Shown: positions 11,327-21,625, numbered from the stretch's first letter. The stretch: 64,000 bases of DNA from Escherichia coli (GCF_024502345.1 NZ_JALDNN010000001.1); one strand, 5' to 3'. Program-made: numbers and translations. Notes: generated by a model not told the origin, from the letters alone.

Positions 11327-11561
11327 AGATATAAAACCCTTATATATTAATACGATTGTGCTTATGTTGTTTATGTGATGTGCTTTTGCAGTTTTCGACT
11401 ATACCATCAAGAATGTGACGGTAAGCAAGAAAAAAATGACCCAGGAAAGCAAATTAATAACGAGAGTAATCTCATAACCAAATGCGATAACTCAGACGCT
11501 AAAGTTTTGCCACCCGGCTACCGTTATCAGTAGCAGAGACAATAACGTTAAGGAGTTCCCT

Positions 11562-11834
11562 GTGAGTCGAGCATTGTTCGCCGTAGTATTAGCATTTCCA
11601 TTAATTGCACTGGCTAACCCGCATTATCGTCCGGACGTGGAGGTAAACGTACCGCCAGAAGTGTTCAGTTCAGGCGGGCAATCAGCGCAGCCCTGTACTC
11701 AGTGCTGCGTTTATCAGGATAAAAATTATTCTGAAGGGGCGGTAATTAAAGCCGAAGGAATACTGCTGCAATGCCAGCGGGATGACAAAACCCTTAGCAC
11801 TAATCCGCTGGTCTGGCGGCGCGTAAAGCCATAA
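11562..11834 (+). CDS. ynjH: small secreted protein (DUF1496)
   Basis: 90-aa ORF with GTG start preceded by AAGGAG, an N-terminal signal-like segment and a Cys-rich body. Confidence 0.75.
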   Translation: MSRALFAVVLAFPLIALANPHYRPDVEVNVPPEVFSSGGQSAQPCTQCCVYQDKNYSEGAVIKAEGILLQCQRDDKTLSTNPLVWRRVKP

Positions 11835-12207
11835 ACGCCTCTAATAATGGAATGTCAGCAGGAGCCAGCGGATATTGCAGCGCCTCTTCAGGTGAGCACC
11901 AGACCAGCGCCTGATGTTCATGTGCCTGTAACGTCCCGTGGAAGTCGGGTACGTGCCAGGCATGAAGATGGATAATCCGCCCCGAAACTTCTCGCTGATG
12001 GCTGGCAACATACTCACCCACAGTTGCTTCGATGCCCAGTTCTTCGCGTAACTCACGCACCAGCGCCTGCCGCTGGCTTTCATCCAGCTCGACTTTACCA
12101 CCGGCAAACTCCCATAATCCCGCCTGATCGCTCTGGGCGGGGCGTTGCGCGAGTAAAATTTTGCCATCACGTTCAATGAGGGCGGCAACAACTTCAATCA
12201 TTTTCAT
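11800..12207 (-). CDS. nudG: Nudix hydrolase (CTP / 5-methyl-dCTP pyrophosphohydrolase)
   Basis: 135-aa MKMIEVVAALIERDGKILLAQR...GGKVELDESQRQALVRELREELGIE, the Nudix box. Its 3' end overlaps ynjH convergently. Confidence 0.9.
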   Translation of the reverse strand: MKMIEVVAALIERDGKILLAQRPAQSDQAGLWEFAGGKVELDESQRQALVRELREELGIEATVGEYVASHQREVSGRIIHLHAWHVPDFHGTLQAHEHQALVWCSPEEALQYPLAPADIPLLEAFMALRAARPAD

Positions 12208-12293
12208 AAATTACACACGGGCAGATAAGCGAAAAATGCCATAATATCCGCACTGTTGCTCAATCAGAAAGGCTTTATATTTAAGGAGTGCCT

Positions 12294-12914
12294 GTGCTAG
12301 ACCGCCATCTTCATCCCCGGATTAAACCGTTGTTGCATCAGTGCGTGCGGGTTCTTGATAAACCGGGCATTACGCCAGATGGTTTAACATTAGTGGGATT
12401 TGCCATCGGCGTGCTGGCTCTGCCGTTTCTGGCTCTGGGCTGGTATCTGGCGGCGCTAGTCGTCATTTTGTTGAATCGTCTGCTTGATGGTCTGGATGGC
12501 GCACTGGCGCGGCGCAGAGGGCTTACCGACGCGGGCGGATTTCTCGATATTTCTCTCGATTTTCTCTTTTACGCGCTGGTGCCGTTTGGTTTTATTCTTG
12601 CTGCACCGGAGCAAAATGCGCTGGCAGGCGGCTGGCTGCTGTTTGCGTTTATCGGTACGGGCAGCAGTTTTCTCGCTTTTGCTGCGCTGGCGGCGAAACA
12701 TCAGATTGATAATCCCGGTTATGCGCATAAATCGTTTTATTATCTGGGGGGATTAACCGAAGGCACAGAAACGATCTTACTGTTTGTGCTGGGATGTTTA
12801 TTCCCTGCATGGTTTGCGTGGTTTGCGTGGATCTTCGGTGCGTTGTGCTGGATGACGACCTTTACGCGGGTGTGGAGTGGGTATCTGACGCTGAAGTCGT
12901 TCCAGCGTCAGTAA
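12294..12914 (+). CDS. ynjF: CDP-alcohol phosphatidyltransferase family membrane protein
   Basis: 206-aa from the GTG at 12294, 6 nt after AAGGAG; the track start at 12288 abuts the RBS. Contains the DG..AR motif and multiple TM segments. Confidence 0.8.
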   Translation: MLDRHLHPRIKPLLHQCVRVLDKPGITPDGLTLVGFAIGVLALPFLALGWYLAALVVILLNRLLDGLDGALARRRGLTDAGGFLDISLDFLFYALVPFGFILAAPEQNALAGGWLLFAFIGTGSSFLAFAALAAKHQIDNPGYAHKSFYYLGGLTEGTETILLFVLGCLFPAWFAWFAWIFGALCWMTTFTRVWSGYLTLKSFQRQ

Positions 12915-12922
12915 TTGCAATG

Positions 12923-14230
12923 TTATTTGCTGCTGTCCGGGCCGCGTTCACCGGTTGCTACCGGATTTTTGGGATCGCTGCTCCATTCGTACCAGCCGCC
13001 GTCGTAAACGGAGACGTTATTCCAGCCCATTGCTCGTGCGTACATAAAGGTTTCGGACGCGCGCCAGCCGGTGCCGCAGTAGAATGAAACTTGCTGATCT
13101 GGTTTGATATTCCATGCTTTCCACATAGCGGTAATATCATCGGCGCTACGCATGGTGCCATCGGGGTTATGGAAATCTTCCATATGCGTCGAGTCGCTAC
13201 CAGCGTGTCCCCAACGTGCTCCGGCTATTTCACCTTTTGGTTTAATATAACTGTAACCGCTGGTCGTACCGATAAATTCTGGCCACGAACGAATGCTCAC
13301 CAGCGATGCATCCTGGCGATGCAGCAGTCCACGGGCCTGTTCCATATCGAGCATCAACTGCGGTTGCGCCGGGATCTTCACGCCGAAATCCGGTTCCGCT
13401 TTCACTTTCGGTGGCGTTCCGCGCTCAACAGGCAGTCCCGCGTCGGACCAGGTTTGCCAGCCGCCATCCAGCAGGCGCACATCTTTCACGCCAGCATAAA
13501 GCATAATCTGCGCCACACGCGCTGCAGCATATACGTCACGCCCGTACAGAATGACCGTGGTGTCATGGCGAATGCCGTGTTTTGCCAGCATCGCTTTTAG
13601 TTGTTCATCAGAAACTTTGTTCCACAGCGGTTCGCTTTCCACTTCGTTGGTATCGATGTAGTCAGCGCCAGGAATATGGCTGATAAGGTAAAGCTTAGGA
13701 GCGCCCCAGGCCGCTTCAATGACTTTCCAGTCTCCGGCAGGTTTCGCCGTAACCTCTTTACCTTGTTGCAGGTCGTGCAGCCATTGCGGATAAACCAGCT
13801 GCTCAAAGTGCGGCAGTTTTTGTAGACGGGAAGGTTCGCTTAGCGCGTCACTCAGAATGGAGATATGCGTAAAACCTGCTTTTTGCAGTCGCGTTTTGAC
13901 GGCGTCGACATCTTTGCCATTACCGTATAGCGCCACCGGGGCATCGGCTTTCAGGTTATGTTGCTTGATCCACGCGTTTAGCTGTTCGGTGCTCATTTTG
14001 TCAAGCCAGCTAGCAGAGAGGTTTAAGGCGGCAGGTTCATGACCAGAAGGGCCATTTAAGGTTTGTGGCCAGCCGTTATAAAACGCGCTGGGGCGAGTAT
14101 CTATCGCTTTGCCATTTTGTTGTTGAAGCTGGTCAAGTGTAAGAGGCTTCGCCAGTTCAGCGGCCCACGAAGAAGCGCAAGCCAGCCCTAAAGCCATTGC
14201 CAGCGCGGTCATTTGAGAAACACGTTTCAT
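12923..14230 (-). CDS. ynjE: periplasmic sulfurtransferase with three rhodanese domains
   Basis: 435-aa MKRVSQMTALAMALGLACASSWAAE... with a signal peptide and three rhodanese repeats. Confidence 0.9.
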   Translation of the reverse strand: MKRVSQMTALAMALGLACASSWAAELAKPLTLDQLQQQNGKAIDTRPSAFYNGWPQTLNGPSGHEPAALNLSASWLDKMSTEQLNAWIKQHNLKADAPVALYGNGKDVDAVKTRLQKAGFTHISILSDALSEPSRLQKLPHFEQLVYPQWLHDLQQGKEVTAKPAGDWKVIEAAWGAPKLYLISHIPGADYIDTNEVESEPLWNKVSDEQLKAMLAKHGIRHDTTVILYGRDVYAAARVAQIMLYAGVKDVRLLDGGWQTWSDAGLPVERGTPPKVKAEPDFGVKIPAQPQLMLDMEQARGLLHRQDASLVSIRSWPEFIGTTSGYSYIKPKGEIAGARWGHAGSDSTHMEDFHNPDGTMRSADDITAMWKAWNIKPDQQVSFYCGTGWRASETFMYARAMGWNNVSVYDGGWYEWSSDPKNPVATGERGPDSSK

Positions 14231-14296
14231 CGAAAATCCCGACATTGTAGTTTTGAGTGCGCCATTCTGAACTGACGCATTGGGAAAAACTTTGCG

Positions 14297-14950
14297 TTAT
14301 CGCAGTTTGTTGTAATTTTCTGACCACTGAGCCATATCCAGAACAGAACTATCAGCAGGAACATCCTGGAGATCGTGCGTTACCTGAACGACGGGGAGCG
14401 CCAGTTCGCGAACTTCGCTGAACACCCACTGGCGAAAATTATCGCGCAGAGCCACATCAAGACGGCTGAATGGCTCATCCAGTAGCAACGCTTTTGGCTG
14501 AGCGAGAAGGGCGCGAAGCAGAGCAACGCGCGCTCGCTGACCGCCAGACAAAGTGGCAGGATCCTGATGGAAAGCTCCGTCAAGGCCTGAACGCTCAAGT
14601 GCATCATTCACGGCATTACGTCGGGCATTCCCCTTAAGTGTCGCCGGTAGCGCCAGCAGTAAATTTTGCCCGACACTGAACTGGTCAAATAACAGTACAT
14701 CCTGGAAAAGAATGCCAATATGACGCTGTGCGGTGGGTAGCATGTCAATCCGTTGCTCATTGAGCCATAGCTCACCTGTACAAGAAAACTGTCCAGCCAG
14801 TGCACCAATCATCCATGAAAACAGAGTGGATTTTCCACAGCCAGACGGACCCATTAACGTGACAATGTCACCTTTATCCACCGTAAAGTTAACGTTTGTC
14901 AGCAAGCGGCTTTCTGGTAAACGTAGCGAAACATTTTTCACGCAGAGCAT
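14297..14950 (-). CDS. ynjD: ABC transporter ATP-binding protein
   Basis: 217-aa MLCVKNVSL...GPSGCGKST...LSGGQRARVALLRAL...LLLDEP (Walker A, signature, Walker B). Its start overlaps the ynjC stop by 1 nt. Confidence 0.9.
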   Translation of the reverse strand: MLCVKNVSLRLPESRLLTNVNFTVDKGDIVTLMGPSGCGKSTLFSWMIGALAGQFSCTGELWLNEQRIDMLPTAQRHIGILFQDVLLFDQFSVGQNLLLALPATLKGNARRNAVNDALERSGLDGAFHQDPATLSGGQRARVALLRALLAQPKALLLDEPFSRLDVALRDNFRQWVFSEVRELALPVVQVTHDLQDVPADSSVLDMAQWSENYNKLR

Positions 14951-16485
14951 TAGCGGAGTCCTTGTCTGACATAACCTACCCATTTTGCGACTAACGCGGT
15001 CAGGGCAAAAATAGTAAGCGGTAATAGCAGTTGCCATAAAGCCTGGGCGGCGAGAATACCGTTGCTGCCGCCGCTGCTTAATGCCACCGCCTCAGTGGTG
15101 AGCGTCGGAAAACGCCCCGCGCCCAGCCACAGCGTCGGCATATACTGCGCAATACTGACTGAAAATCCCACCGCGAAGGCAATCAGCGTAGGGCGTAGCA
15201 TAAGCGGACATTTCACGTAAAAGAAGATTTTGGCCCGCGACCAGCCCAGTGTTTGTGCAATCAAAATTAACCGTGAATCAATGCGCTGCCAGGCGGGTTG
15301 CAGGATAAACAGCATCCACGGCATTACCCACAGCAGATGCCCCCAGACCACCGCCGTCCAGCTTCCATCCATGTTCAGCCATAGCGCCAGCGTGTACTGG
15401 CCCGCCACCAGCTGCAGTGCCGGTAATAAAATGGGCAACCATAGCCACAACTGGCGACGCTGTGGCCCCCATTCCAGCCACAGCAGTAACAGGAGCCAAG
15501 CGATGAATGTCGCCACCAGCCCCATTGTCAGGCTGTTGATGAGCGCTTCACTATTGATCGTCGACTGATCCGCGAGGATCGCCAGCAGAACCACACACAG
15601 CACACCGGTCAAGGGTAAAAAACTCGCCAGCGTAATGCCTGGCAATAAAGGCGTGGCAGGCTTACGAACGCCATCTACGCGGGGAATAGTACGCCGCCAG
15701 GTACACCATAGCAGATAGCCCAGCAAAACGTAGGCGGCGAGTAACAACATCAGCAGCAGGCTGGCGAGTGCGCCTTTCGTTTGTTGATCGGCGTCGCCCT
15801 GAGTTAACCACTGCCAGCTAATTACTGCCAGCGTCGGTGGATTACCTGGCCCAAGAATAATCGCCACATCCACGACCGACAGCGACCAGGCAACAATCGC
15901 CAGCATCGCCATTGCCAGCGCAGGCGCGACGGAGGGCAACAGCAGCCAGTTCAGGCATTGCCAGCGGCTGTAGCCCAGCGAATCCAGCACGATGACTTGC
16001 TGTAAAAGCCGTTTTTCACTCAATACCGCTGCTAAGATCCACAGCAGAAATGCGCTTTCTTTCACCGCCAGCGTGAAGCCCAGCCCAATACCCAATTTGT
16101 CCATTGGCGGAGTGAAATACGGGAAATAGTCATAAAGCAGCCCTCCGTCAGCAAAGAGCAGAAGGGCGCTGGTGGCAAAAGCCACATGGGGAATGGCGAG
16201 CAGCCACGGCAGACGGGTGCACATACGCTGCCATTTCGGCCCAGGCCACAGCGCCACAATCACCAGCAGGGCAATCAACAACGCCCCGACCGCCGCGATG
16301 GTTGTCGACACCAGCGTTGCCAGTAATGCCTGCGGTAACTGTGGATCGGCAAATAACGCCTGCCAGTGTGTCAACGACAAAGCAGGCGATATCAGCGTGA
16401 GAGCTGCCGGGATCAGCGGTGCATAAATCACCGCCACCATCGCCCACAGCAAAAAGATTAATGCGTACCGTAACGGTGTAGCCAT
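14950..16485 (-). CDS. ynjC: ABC transporter permease with two fused permease domains
   Basis: 511-aa highly hydrophobic product MATPLRYALIFLLWAMVAV... Confidence 0.9.
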   Translation of the reverse strand: MATPLRYALIFLLWAMVAVIYAPLIPAALTLISPALSLTHWQALFADPQLPQALLATLVSTTIAAVGALLIALLVIVALWPGPKWQRMCTRLPWLLAIPHVAFATSALLLFADGGLLYDYFPYFTPPMDKLGIGLGFTLAVKESAFLLWILAAVLSEKRLLQQVIVLDSLGYSRWQCLNWLLLPSVAPALAMAMLAIVAWSLSVVDVAIILGPGNPPTLAVISWQWLTQGDADQQTKGALASLLLMLLLAAYVLLGYLLWCTWRRTIPRVDGVRKPATPLLPGITLASFLPLTGVLCVVLLAILADQSTINSEALINSLTMGLVATFIAWLLLLLWLEWGPQRRQLWLWLPILLPALQLVAGQYTLALWLNMDGSWTAVVWGHLLWVMPWMLFILQPAWQRIDSRLILIAQTLGWSRAKIFFYVKCPLMLRPTLIAFAVGFSVSIAQYMPTLWLGAGRFPTLTTEAVALSSGGSNGILAAQALWQLLLPLTIFALTALVAKWVGYVRQGLR

Positions 16486-17624
16486 TCTTGTTCCAGCGCA
16501 TTTACCCAACCTGCGTGCGGTTCAGCCAGTACCGGCGGCAGATCTTGCGGCATTCTTGATTGCAATGTTTCGCGCTGCCCATCAGGCAGTTTTTGCGGAT
16601 CGAGAACAGAAGGATCGCCCCAGACAGCGGGATCTGCTTTACGCAATTGCGCATCGGGTGAGAGCAAGAAATTGGCAACTACCTTCGCCGCAGCACTGGC
16701 ATTCGCGTTGGCAGGAATGGTGACGAAATGCACGTTGCCAATCGTCCCCTCGCGAAAGCCAAAACTGTAACTGCTTGCAGGCAAATCGCCGCTGGCGATT
16801 TTTTGCTGCGCATGCGCGGGGTTAAAGGTCAGCGACAGGCGCAATGTGCCGGCTTTCAGCAGAGCATCCATCCGCGCGGGCGAAGGCGGGAAATCCTTTC
16901 CTTCGCGCCACAAATACGGATGCAGCGCATCAAGATATTGCCACAAGGGAGCAGTGACGCGGGCGAAAGTCGCATCGTCCGGCGCTTCTTTTAATGCGGC
17001 GGGATCGGCCGTCAGCATAATCAGCAACTGTTCAAGAAACGCCGTGCCGGTAAAGTCCGGTGGGCGCGGATAGGTAACCGTGCCGGGATTGGCTTTAGCA
17101 AACTCCAGTAAGGCTTGCGGCGTTTGTGGTGGCTGTGGCGTAACATCGCGGCGGGCGATAAATGTCAGTTGTGCGCCCCCCCAGGGCGATTCAGCCCCTT
17201 CTGTAGGCACTGAAAAATCTTCCCGCACCGGCAGCTGTGTGTCGACATAGCGCCAGTTGGGCAGAGTCTCTGCCCAGTCGGTTTGCAGTAAATTGGCCTC
17301 TTTTAAGGTGCGGAAGTTTTCGCCGTTCACCCAGAGTAGATCCACCGAGCCGCCCGTTTTACGTCCGGCTGCGGCTTCGGTCTGAATGCGCTTCACCGCG
17401 TCTGCGGCATCCGCCAGACGGACAATCTTCAGGTTTATAGCGTAATGGGTTTTCATCTCGCCGCTCACCCAGTCGAGATAGCGGTTAATTGCGGTATCGC
17501 CGCCCCAGGCGTTAAACCAGACGGTTTGCCCTTTGGCCTCATTTTTAATTTCTTGCCAGTCACTGGCATATGTTGCCAGAGAAAACAGCGATAACAATCC
17601 CAGCAACCACCCACAATGGCGCAT
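16458..17624 (-). CDS. ynjB: ABC transporter periplasmic substrate-binding protein
   Basis: 388-aa product with a signal peptide (MRHCGWLLGLLSLFSLATYA); overlaps the ynjC start. Confidence 0.88.
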   Translation of the reverse strand: MRHCGWLLGLLSLFSLATYASDWQEIKNEAKGQTVWFNAWGGDTAINRYLDWVSGEMKTHYAINLKIVRLADAADAVKRIQTEAAAGRKTGGSVDLLWVNGENFRTLKEANLLQTDWAETLPNWRYVDTQLPVREDFSVPTEGAESPWGGAQLTFIARRDVTPQPPQTPQALLEFAKANPGTVTYPRPPDFTGTAFLEQLLIMLTADPAALKEAPDDATFARVTAPLWQYLDALHPYLWREGKDFPPSPARMDALLKAGTLRLSLTFNPAHAQQKIASGDLPASSYSFGFREGTIGNVHFVTIPANANASAAAKVVANFLLSPDAQLRKADPAVWGDPSVLDPQKLPDGQRETLQSRMPQDLPPVLAEPHAGWVNALEQEWLHRYGTH

Positions 17625-17633
17625 CATCTCTCC

Positions 17634-18182
17634 TTAAGAACGTTTTTCCGGAATACGGCACAGTCCCTGAGCGGGAATGTCCATGGCAGAATTAAAACGA
17701 GCCGACAGGTTTTGCAGGCCGATCAATGCCGTCAGTTCGGTGAGCGCCTGAGCGTCAAAATGCGCAGCCAGTCGGGTACGCAGGGCATCATCGACCGTTG
17801 GCGGCGTTACGCTTGCGGCTTCGGCGTACTCCAGCGCCAGCCGTTCTTCATCGCTAAAGAGCGGGCTTTGCCGCCAGTCAGCCACTGCCAGCAGTTTATC
17901 GCTGCTGCCGGTGCGCTCGGCGACTTTCATACTGGTGATATCCACACAAAACTCACACAGGCACATTTGCGCAATGCGCGCGCTGACAAGCGATCGTACT
18001 ACCGGATCGAGCGGTGAGCGTTTGCGCTCCAGCCAGCCAACAAACATCGACACCAGATAAAAGATAAACGGGATCCGCCCCCACCAGCGAATGGGGCTTA
18101 GCACCTCGCCGTAATGGCGACGATGCAGCCACGCCTGCGGACGTAAAATGAAAGGAATTTTGCTAAGCGGCGGTAAACCCAT
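17634..18182 (-). CDS. ynjA: AhpD-like / carboxymuconolactone decarboxylase family protein
   Basis: 182-aa ORF; its start overlaps the ydjZ stop by 1 nt (TGATG arrangement). Confidence 0.85.
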   Translation of the reverse strand: MGLPPLSKIPFILRPQAWLHRRHYGEVLSPIRWWGRIPFIFYLVSMFVGWLERKRSPLDPVVRSLVSARIAQMCLCEFCVDITSMKVAERTGSSDKLLAVADWRQSPLFSDEERLALEYAEAASVTPPTVDDALRTRLAAHFDAQALTELTALIGLQNLSARFNSAMDIPAQGLCRIPEKRS

Positions 18183-18889
18183 CAGGCATTCCTCTTCTGG
18201 CGCTCAAGCCATATTTTCTTCGCCATAAAAATCACCACGGTCAGGGCAAACAGAATAAACAGTCCGGTGACAAACCAGAAGGTACCGCCTGTTAACATGC
18301 TGCCCGCCCAGGAATAAACAATAGTCGCCGGTAACTGACCAAGCCCGGTGGCGATAAAAAACGAGCGAAAACGTATTGAAGTCAAACCGGCAGCATAGCT
18401 GATTGGATCGAAAGGGACAAAAGGCAATAACCGACAGACCAGGATGGTGTGTTTGCCGTAGCGAGTGAAAAAGCCGTCCATACTGTCAAGTACGGTTTTG
18501 CCGGTTAATTTTTCCACCACTTCGCGGCCCATCACTCTGGCGATAAAAAAGCACAGTGCCGCGCCGGCCATCGAACTGGTCCACGACAGCAAGCCGCCCC
18601 AGAACGCGCCAAACAGCGACGCATTGGCAAAGGTGATCAAAAACGCAGGTAGCGGTGCAGCAATGGCCTGTAAAATCATCAACAAGAACGAGACAACTGC
18701 CGCCAGTGCGCCGTAAGACTGAATAAAGCGTTCTATACCCTGTTGGTCCACGGCGGCAAACGCCGCAACGCTGCGATTGATAAACTCATGGACGCCGGGA
18801 AGCAGCGCCCATGCCAGCAGCATAGCGAACAACAGGATGATGAGGGTTATACGGTAGTACCAGATTTTACGCGATTGCATCTTCATCAT
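18182..18889 (-). CDS. ydjZ: DedA / TVP38-TMEM64 family inner membrane protein
   Basis: 235-aa polytopic membrane protein MMKMQSRKIWYYRITLIILLFAMLLAWALL... Confidence 0.88.
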   Translation of the reverse strand: MMKMQSRKIWYYRITLIILLFAMLLAWALLPGVHEFINRSVAAFAAVDQQGIERFIQSYGALAAVVSFLLMILQAIAAPLPAFLITFANASLFGAFWGGLLSWTSSMAGAALCFFIARVMGREVVEKLTGKTVLDSMDGFFTRYGKHTILVCRLLPFVPFDPISYAAGLTSIRFRSFFIATGLGQLPATIVYSWAGSMLTGGTFWFVTGLFILFALTVVIFMAKKIWLERQKRNA

Positions 18890-18903
18890 CCTTTATCCTG
18901 GCT

Positions 18904-19581
18904 TTATTCGGTGATTTTAAAGGTAACCGTTGCCAGCGTGTTATCCGCCGGGAGAACCGAGGCATTGCCTTTGAATTTAACTTCACCTCGTTTTTCAACC
19001 GCACCATAAGTGTATGTTGCATTGCTGACGATGCCGACCGGGCAGCTATCCAGACACACCAGGCAACCCGTTTTCTTCTCTTCTGCTGCCGTTAAATTAC
19101 CGCCAAAGCGCATGTCCAGTTTCTTGCCATTACTGTCAACAATCACTTCATCGAAGGAATACGTTTTTGCCGCCCCTTGCCAGTTGACCGAAATATCCAG
19201 TTTGCTGCCCGTGACATGAGTCGTTTCTTTATTATCCATCGTCATGTTTTCGCCCGGCGTACCACCTGCCTCTTTCAGGGCTTCATAAAATGCTTTCGGG
19301 GTCGCATAACCCATAAACAGCGATTTATGTCCGTTGGAGCCATCTTTAAACACAATACCGTGACGAGTGTCGTCGGTGAGGAAACGACCATTAATTTGCA
19401 CCAGCATGGTTACCGTATGGTTATTGGCATCGACGCGCAGCGGTTGGCTGTTCGAAAGTCCGTCGTATTCCACTTTTGCCGCCGTATTCTCTTTTTGATC
19501 GCAGCCGCTAAGCCCAGCAACAGCCAGTAAGCAGAGTGCAGTCAGTCCTTTTTTCCATGACACTGAATAATGTTGCAACAT
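18904..19581 (-). CDS. ydjY: lipoprotein of unknown function
   Basis: 225-aa MLQHYSVSWKKGLTALCLLAVAGLSGC... (lipobox LSGC) with a C-terminal CLVCLDSCPVG Cys cluster. Track ORF is longer; start set at the ATG at 19579-19581. Confidence 0.85.
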   Translation of the reverse strand: MLQHYSVSWKKGLTALCLLAVAGLSGCDQKENTAAKVEYDGLSNSQPLRVDANNHTVTMLVQINGRFLTDDTRHGIVFKDGSNGHKSLFMGYATPKAFYEALKEAGGTPGENMTMDNKETTHVTGSKLDISVNWQGAAKTYSFDEVIVDSNGKKLDMRFGGNLTAAEEKKTGCLVCLDSCPVGIVSNATYTYGAVEKRGEVKFKGNASVLPADNTLATVTFKITE

Positions 19582-19585
19582 CGTT

Positions 19586-20295
19586 CTATCCTTCATTTTT
19601 TGGGTGAGTAAGTGGGTTGCGGCGCGAAGCAGACAGATCCACATGTTTGTGTCGGGCGTAGAGTTTGGCGAGCTGGACGAGAATAAACAGCGCCAGGCCC
19701 GCCAGACAGAGTTGTAAAATAAAGCGCAGCGTAATGCCTTCATTGGCGAGATCGCTTGCCATCACGGTATAAATAACAATACCGGGCAGGGTCGTGAGTG
19801 CCGAAATAAGGGTATAAGGCCAGAAGGCGATTGTGGTTAATCCGTAAGCGTAATTTTGAATATTGTAAGGAAACAACGGGATTAAGCGGGTCAGAATAAG
19901 AAAATCAATACCGTTACGCGCGATGCCTTTTTCAATGGCCTGGAAGGTATGGCTATGGCCAACGTATTTCAGCAGTAAATCACGTCCCAGCCAGCGCGCC
20001 AGCAGGAATGAGCACGAGGAGGCCAGCGTGGCGGCAATTAATGAGAGTAGTGTTCCTAAGAGCGGCCAAAAACTATTCCTCCAGCGATCACCAGTATGCT
20101 TCCTGGTAACAGAAAGAGGGTGGCAATGATGAATAACAGAATATAGAGGCTATAACCGAACAATCCGCTCTGGCGGATGAGTGTCTGTAAGTGGGGTAAA
20201 TCGGTGAGCAGATCGAATAAACCGAAAGCGTGGATAGCGTAAATGACCAGCGCAAAAATAAGACAGGCAAAAAGAAATTTACGCTCAGCGTTCAT
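19586..20295 (-). pseudogene. ydjX: DedA / TVP38-TMEM64 family membrane protein gene with a 1-bp deletion frameshift
   Basis: Upstream frame ends ...ILVIAGGIVFGRS* at 20056. The downstream frame reads ...WPLLGTLLSLIAATLASSCSFLLARWLGRDLLLKYVGHSHTFQAIEKG...LFPYNIQNYAYG... to 19586. A single C missing from GGCC(C)G at about 20063-20066 joins them into a 236-aa protein. Confidence 0.8.
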
Positions 20296-20461
20296 CGTGG
20301 AGTTTCCTATATCAAACTTGATAATAGAGAAGTGGTCAGACAACTAAAAACGCAGAGACGGTATAACAAAGGACGGCAGGCAACAAATCATTACTGACAG
20401 TTTGTTGATTTTTCTCAAGGTTAATTCTCCTGACCCAGTTTGAGCCAGGAGAGCTGTTAAA

Positions 20462-21268
20462 TTAGCGGCGGAAGGTCGCCCAGACGGGGGCGTGATCGGA
20501 CGGTTTTTCCATGCTGCGGATTTCATAGTCGATGCCGGTTTCTACGCAACATTCTGCCAGCGGTTGGCTGGCGAGCAGCAGGTCGATGCGCAGACCACGG
20601 TTATCGTCAAAACCTTTTGAGCGGTAATCAAACCATGAGAAACGATCTGCTGTTTGCGGATTCGCATGGCGGAAGGTATCGACCAACCCCCAGCTCATCA
20701 GCCTGTCCATCCATTCGCGCTCTTCCGGCAGGAAAGAGCATTTACCGGTACGCAGCCAGCGCTTACGGTTTTCTTCGCCAATGCCAATATCCAGGTCGCC
20801 AGGACTGATATTCATATCGCCCATAATCAGCACCGGATTTTCACGCTTGAGTTCGGTTTCCAGGTAGTTTTGCAGATTCTGATAAAACTGCGCTTTTGCC
20901 GGGAATTTTATCGGATGGTCGCGGCTTTCACCCTGCGGGAAGTAACCGTTGATCACGGTGACATTGCCCAGCGGCGAGGGGATTTCCGCCATAATAATCC
21001 GCCGCTGCGCCTCTTCGTCGTCACCGGGAAAGCCGCGACGCACGGCAATCGGCGTCTCTTTGGTCAGCAGCGCCACGCCATAATGGCCTTTCTGCCCGTG
21101 ATAAAACACGTTGTAGCCGAGCTTCGCCACCTCTTCGAGCGGAAACATATCGTCATGAACTTTTGTCTCCTGCAGGCCAATCACATCCGGTTGGTGCTTT
21201 TCGACGATGGCTTTAAGCTGGTGGGGCCTGGCGCGCAGGCCGTTGATATTAAAAGAGACAAATTTCAT
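20462..21268 (-). CDS. xthA: exodeoxyribonuclease III
   Basis: 268-aa [37 protein letters not shown]... Confidence 0.95.
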   Translation of the reverse strand: MKFVSFNINGLRARPHQLKAIVEKHQPDVIGLQETKVHDDMFPLEEVAKLGYNVFYHGQKGHYGVALLTKETPIAVRRGFPGDDEEAQRRIIMAEIPSPLGNVTVINGYFPQGESRDHPIKFPAKAQFYQNLQNYLETELKRENPVLIMGDMNISPGDLDIGIGEENRKRWLRTGKCSFLPEEREWMDRLMSWGLVDTFRHANPQTADRFSWFDYRSKGFDDNRGLRIDLLLASQPLAECCVETGIDYEIRSMEKPSDHAPVWATFRR

Positions 21269-21625
21269 AGTCGCTGCCATTTATTCAGATAAAGAGTGCG
21301 TGGATGGTAGCAGAATTTCGCTTTGCTTACCGCCTGTTGTTAAGTGATTTGATCGATGGTTGTTAATGATGTCAACGATGGCGCAAAAAATGCCCGCTTT
21401 TGGTGCGAGCTGCGTCAGAATGGCGCAGTAATTTCCAGTAAATTTCGTCAATGATCACAATTCCAGAATTATATTTTACTTCTGCATAACATTGCGTTTT
21501 TTATTCTTTTTATTCACTCACATCGCAAACGTATTCACTTAATATGCACTTTAAATGTATATGGTTTGGTTATAACTCCTTGATTTCCAGTTAGCCTCCG
21601 CGGTTTATGCACTTTCATCACTGGC

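Noticed and set aside
13091-13600. 169-aa plus-strand ORF inside ynjE
   Set aside because: Antisense to ynjE, which has a clear signal peptide and rhodanese domains; Arg/His-rich translation typical of a shadow frame.
20654-21292. 212-aa plus-strand ORF opposite xthA
   Set aside because: Fully antisense to exonuclease III; no independent support.
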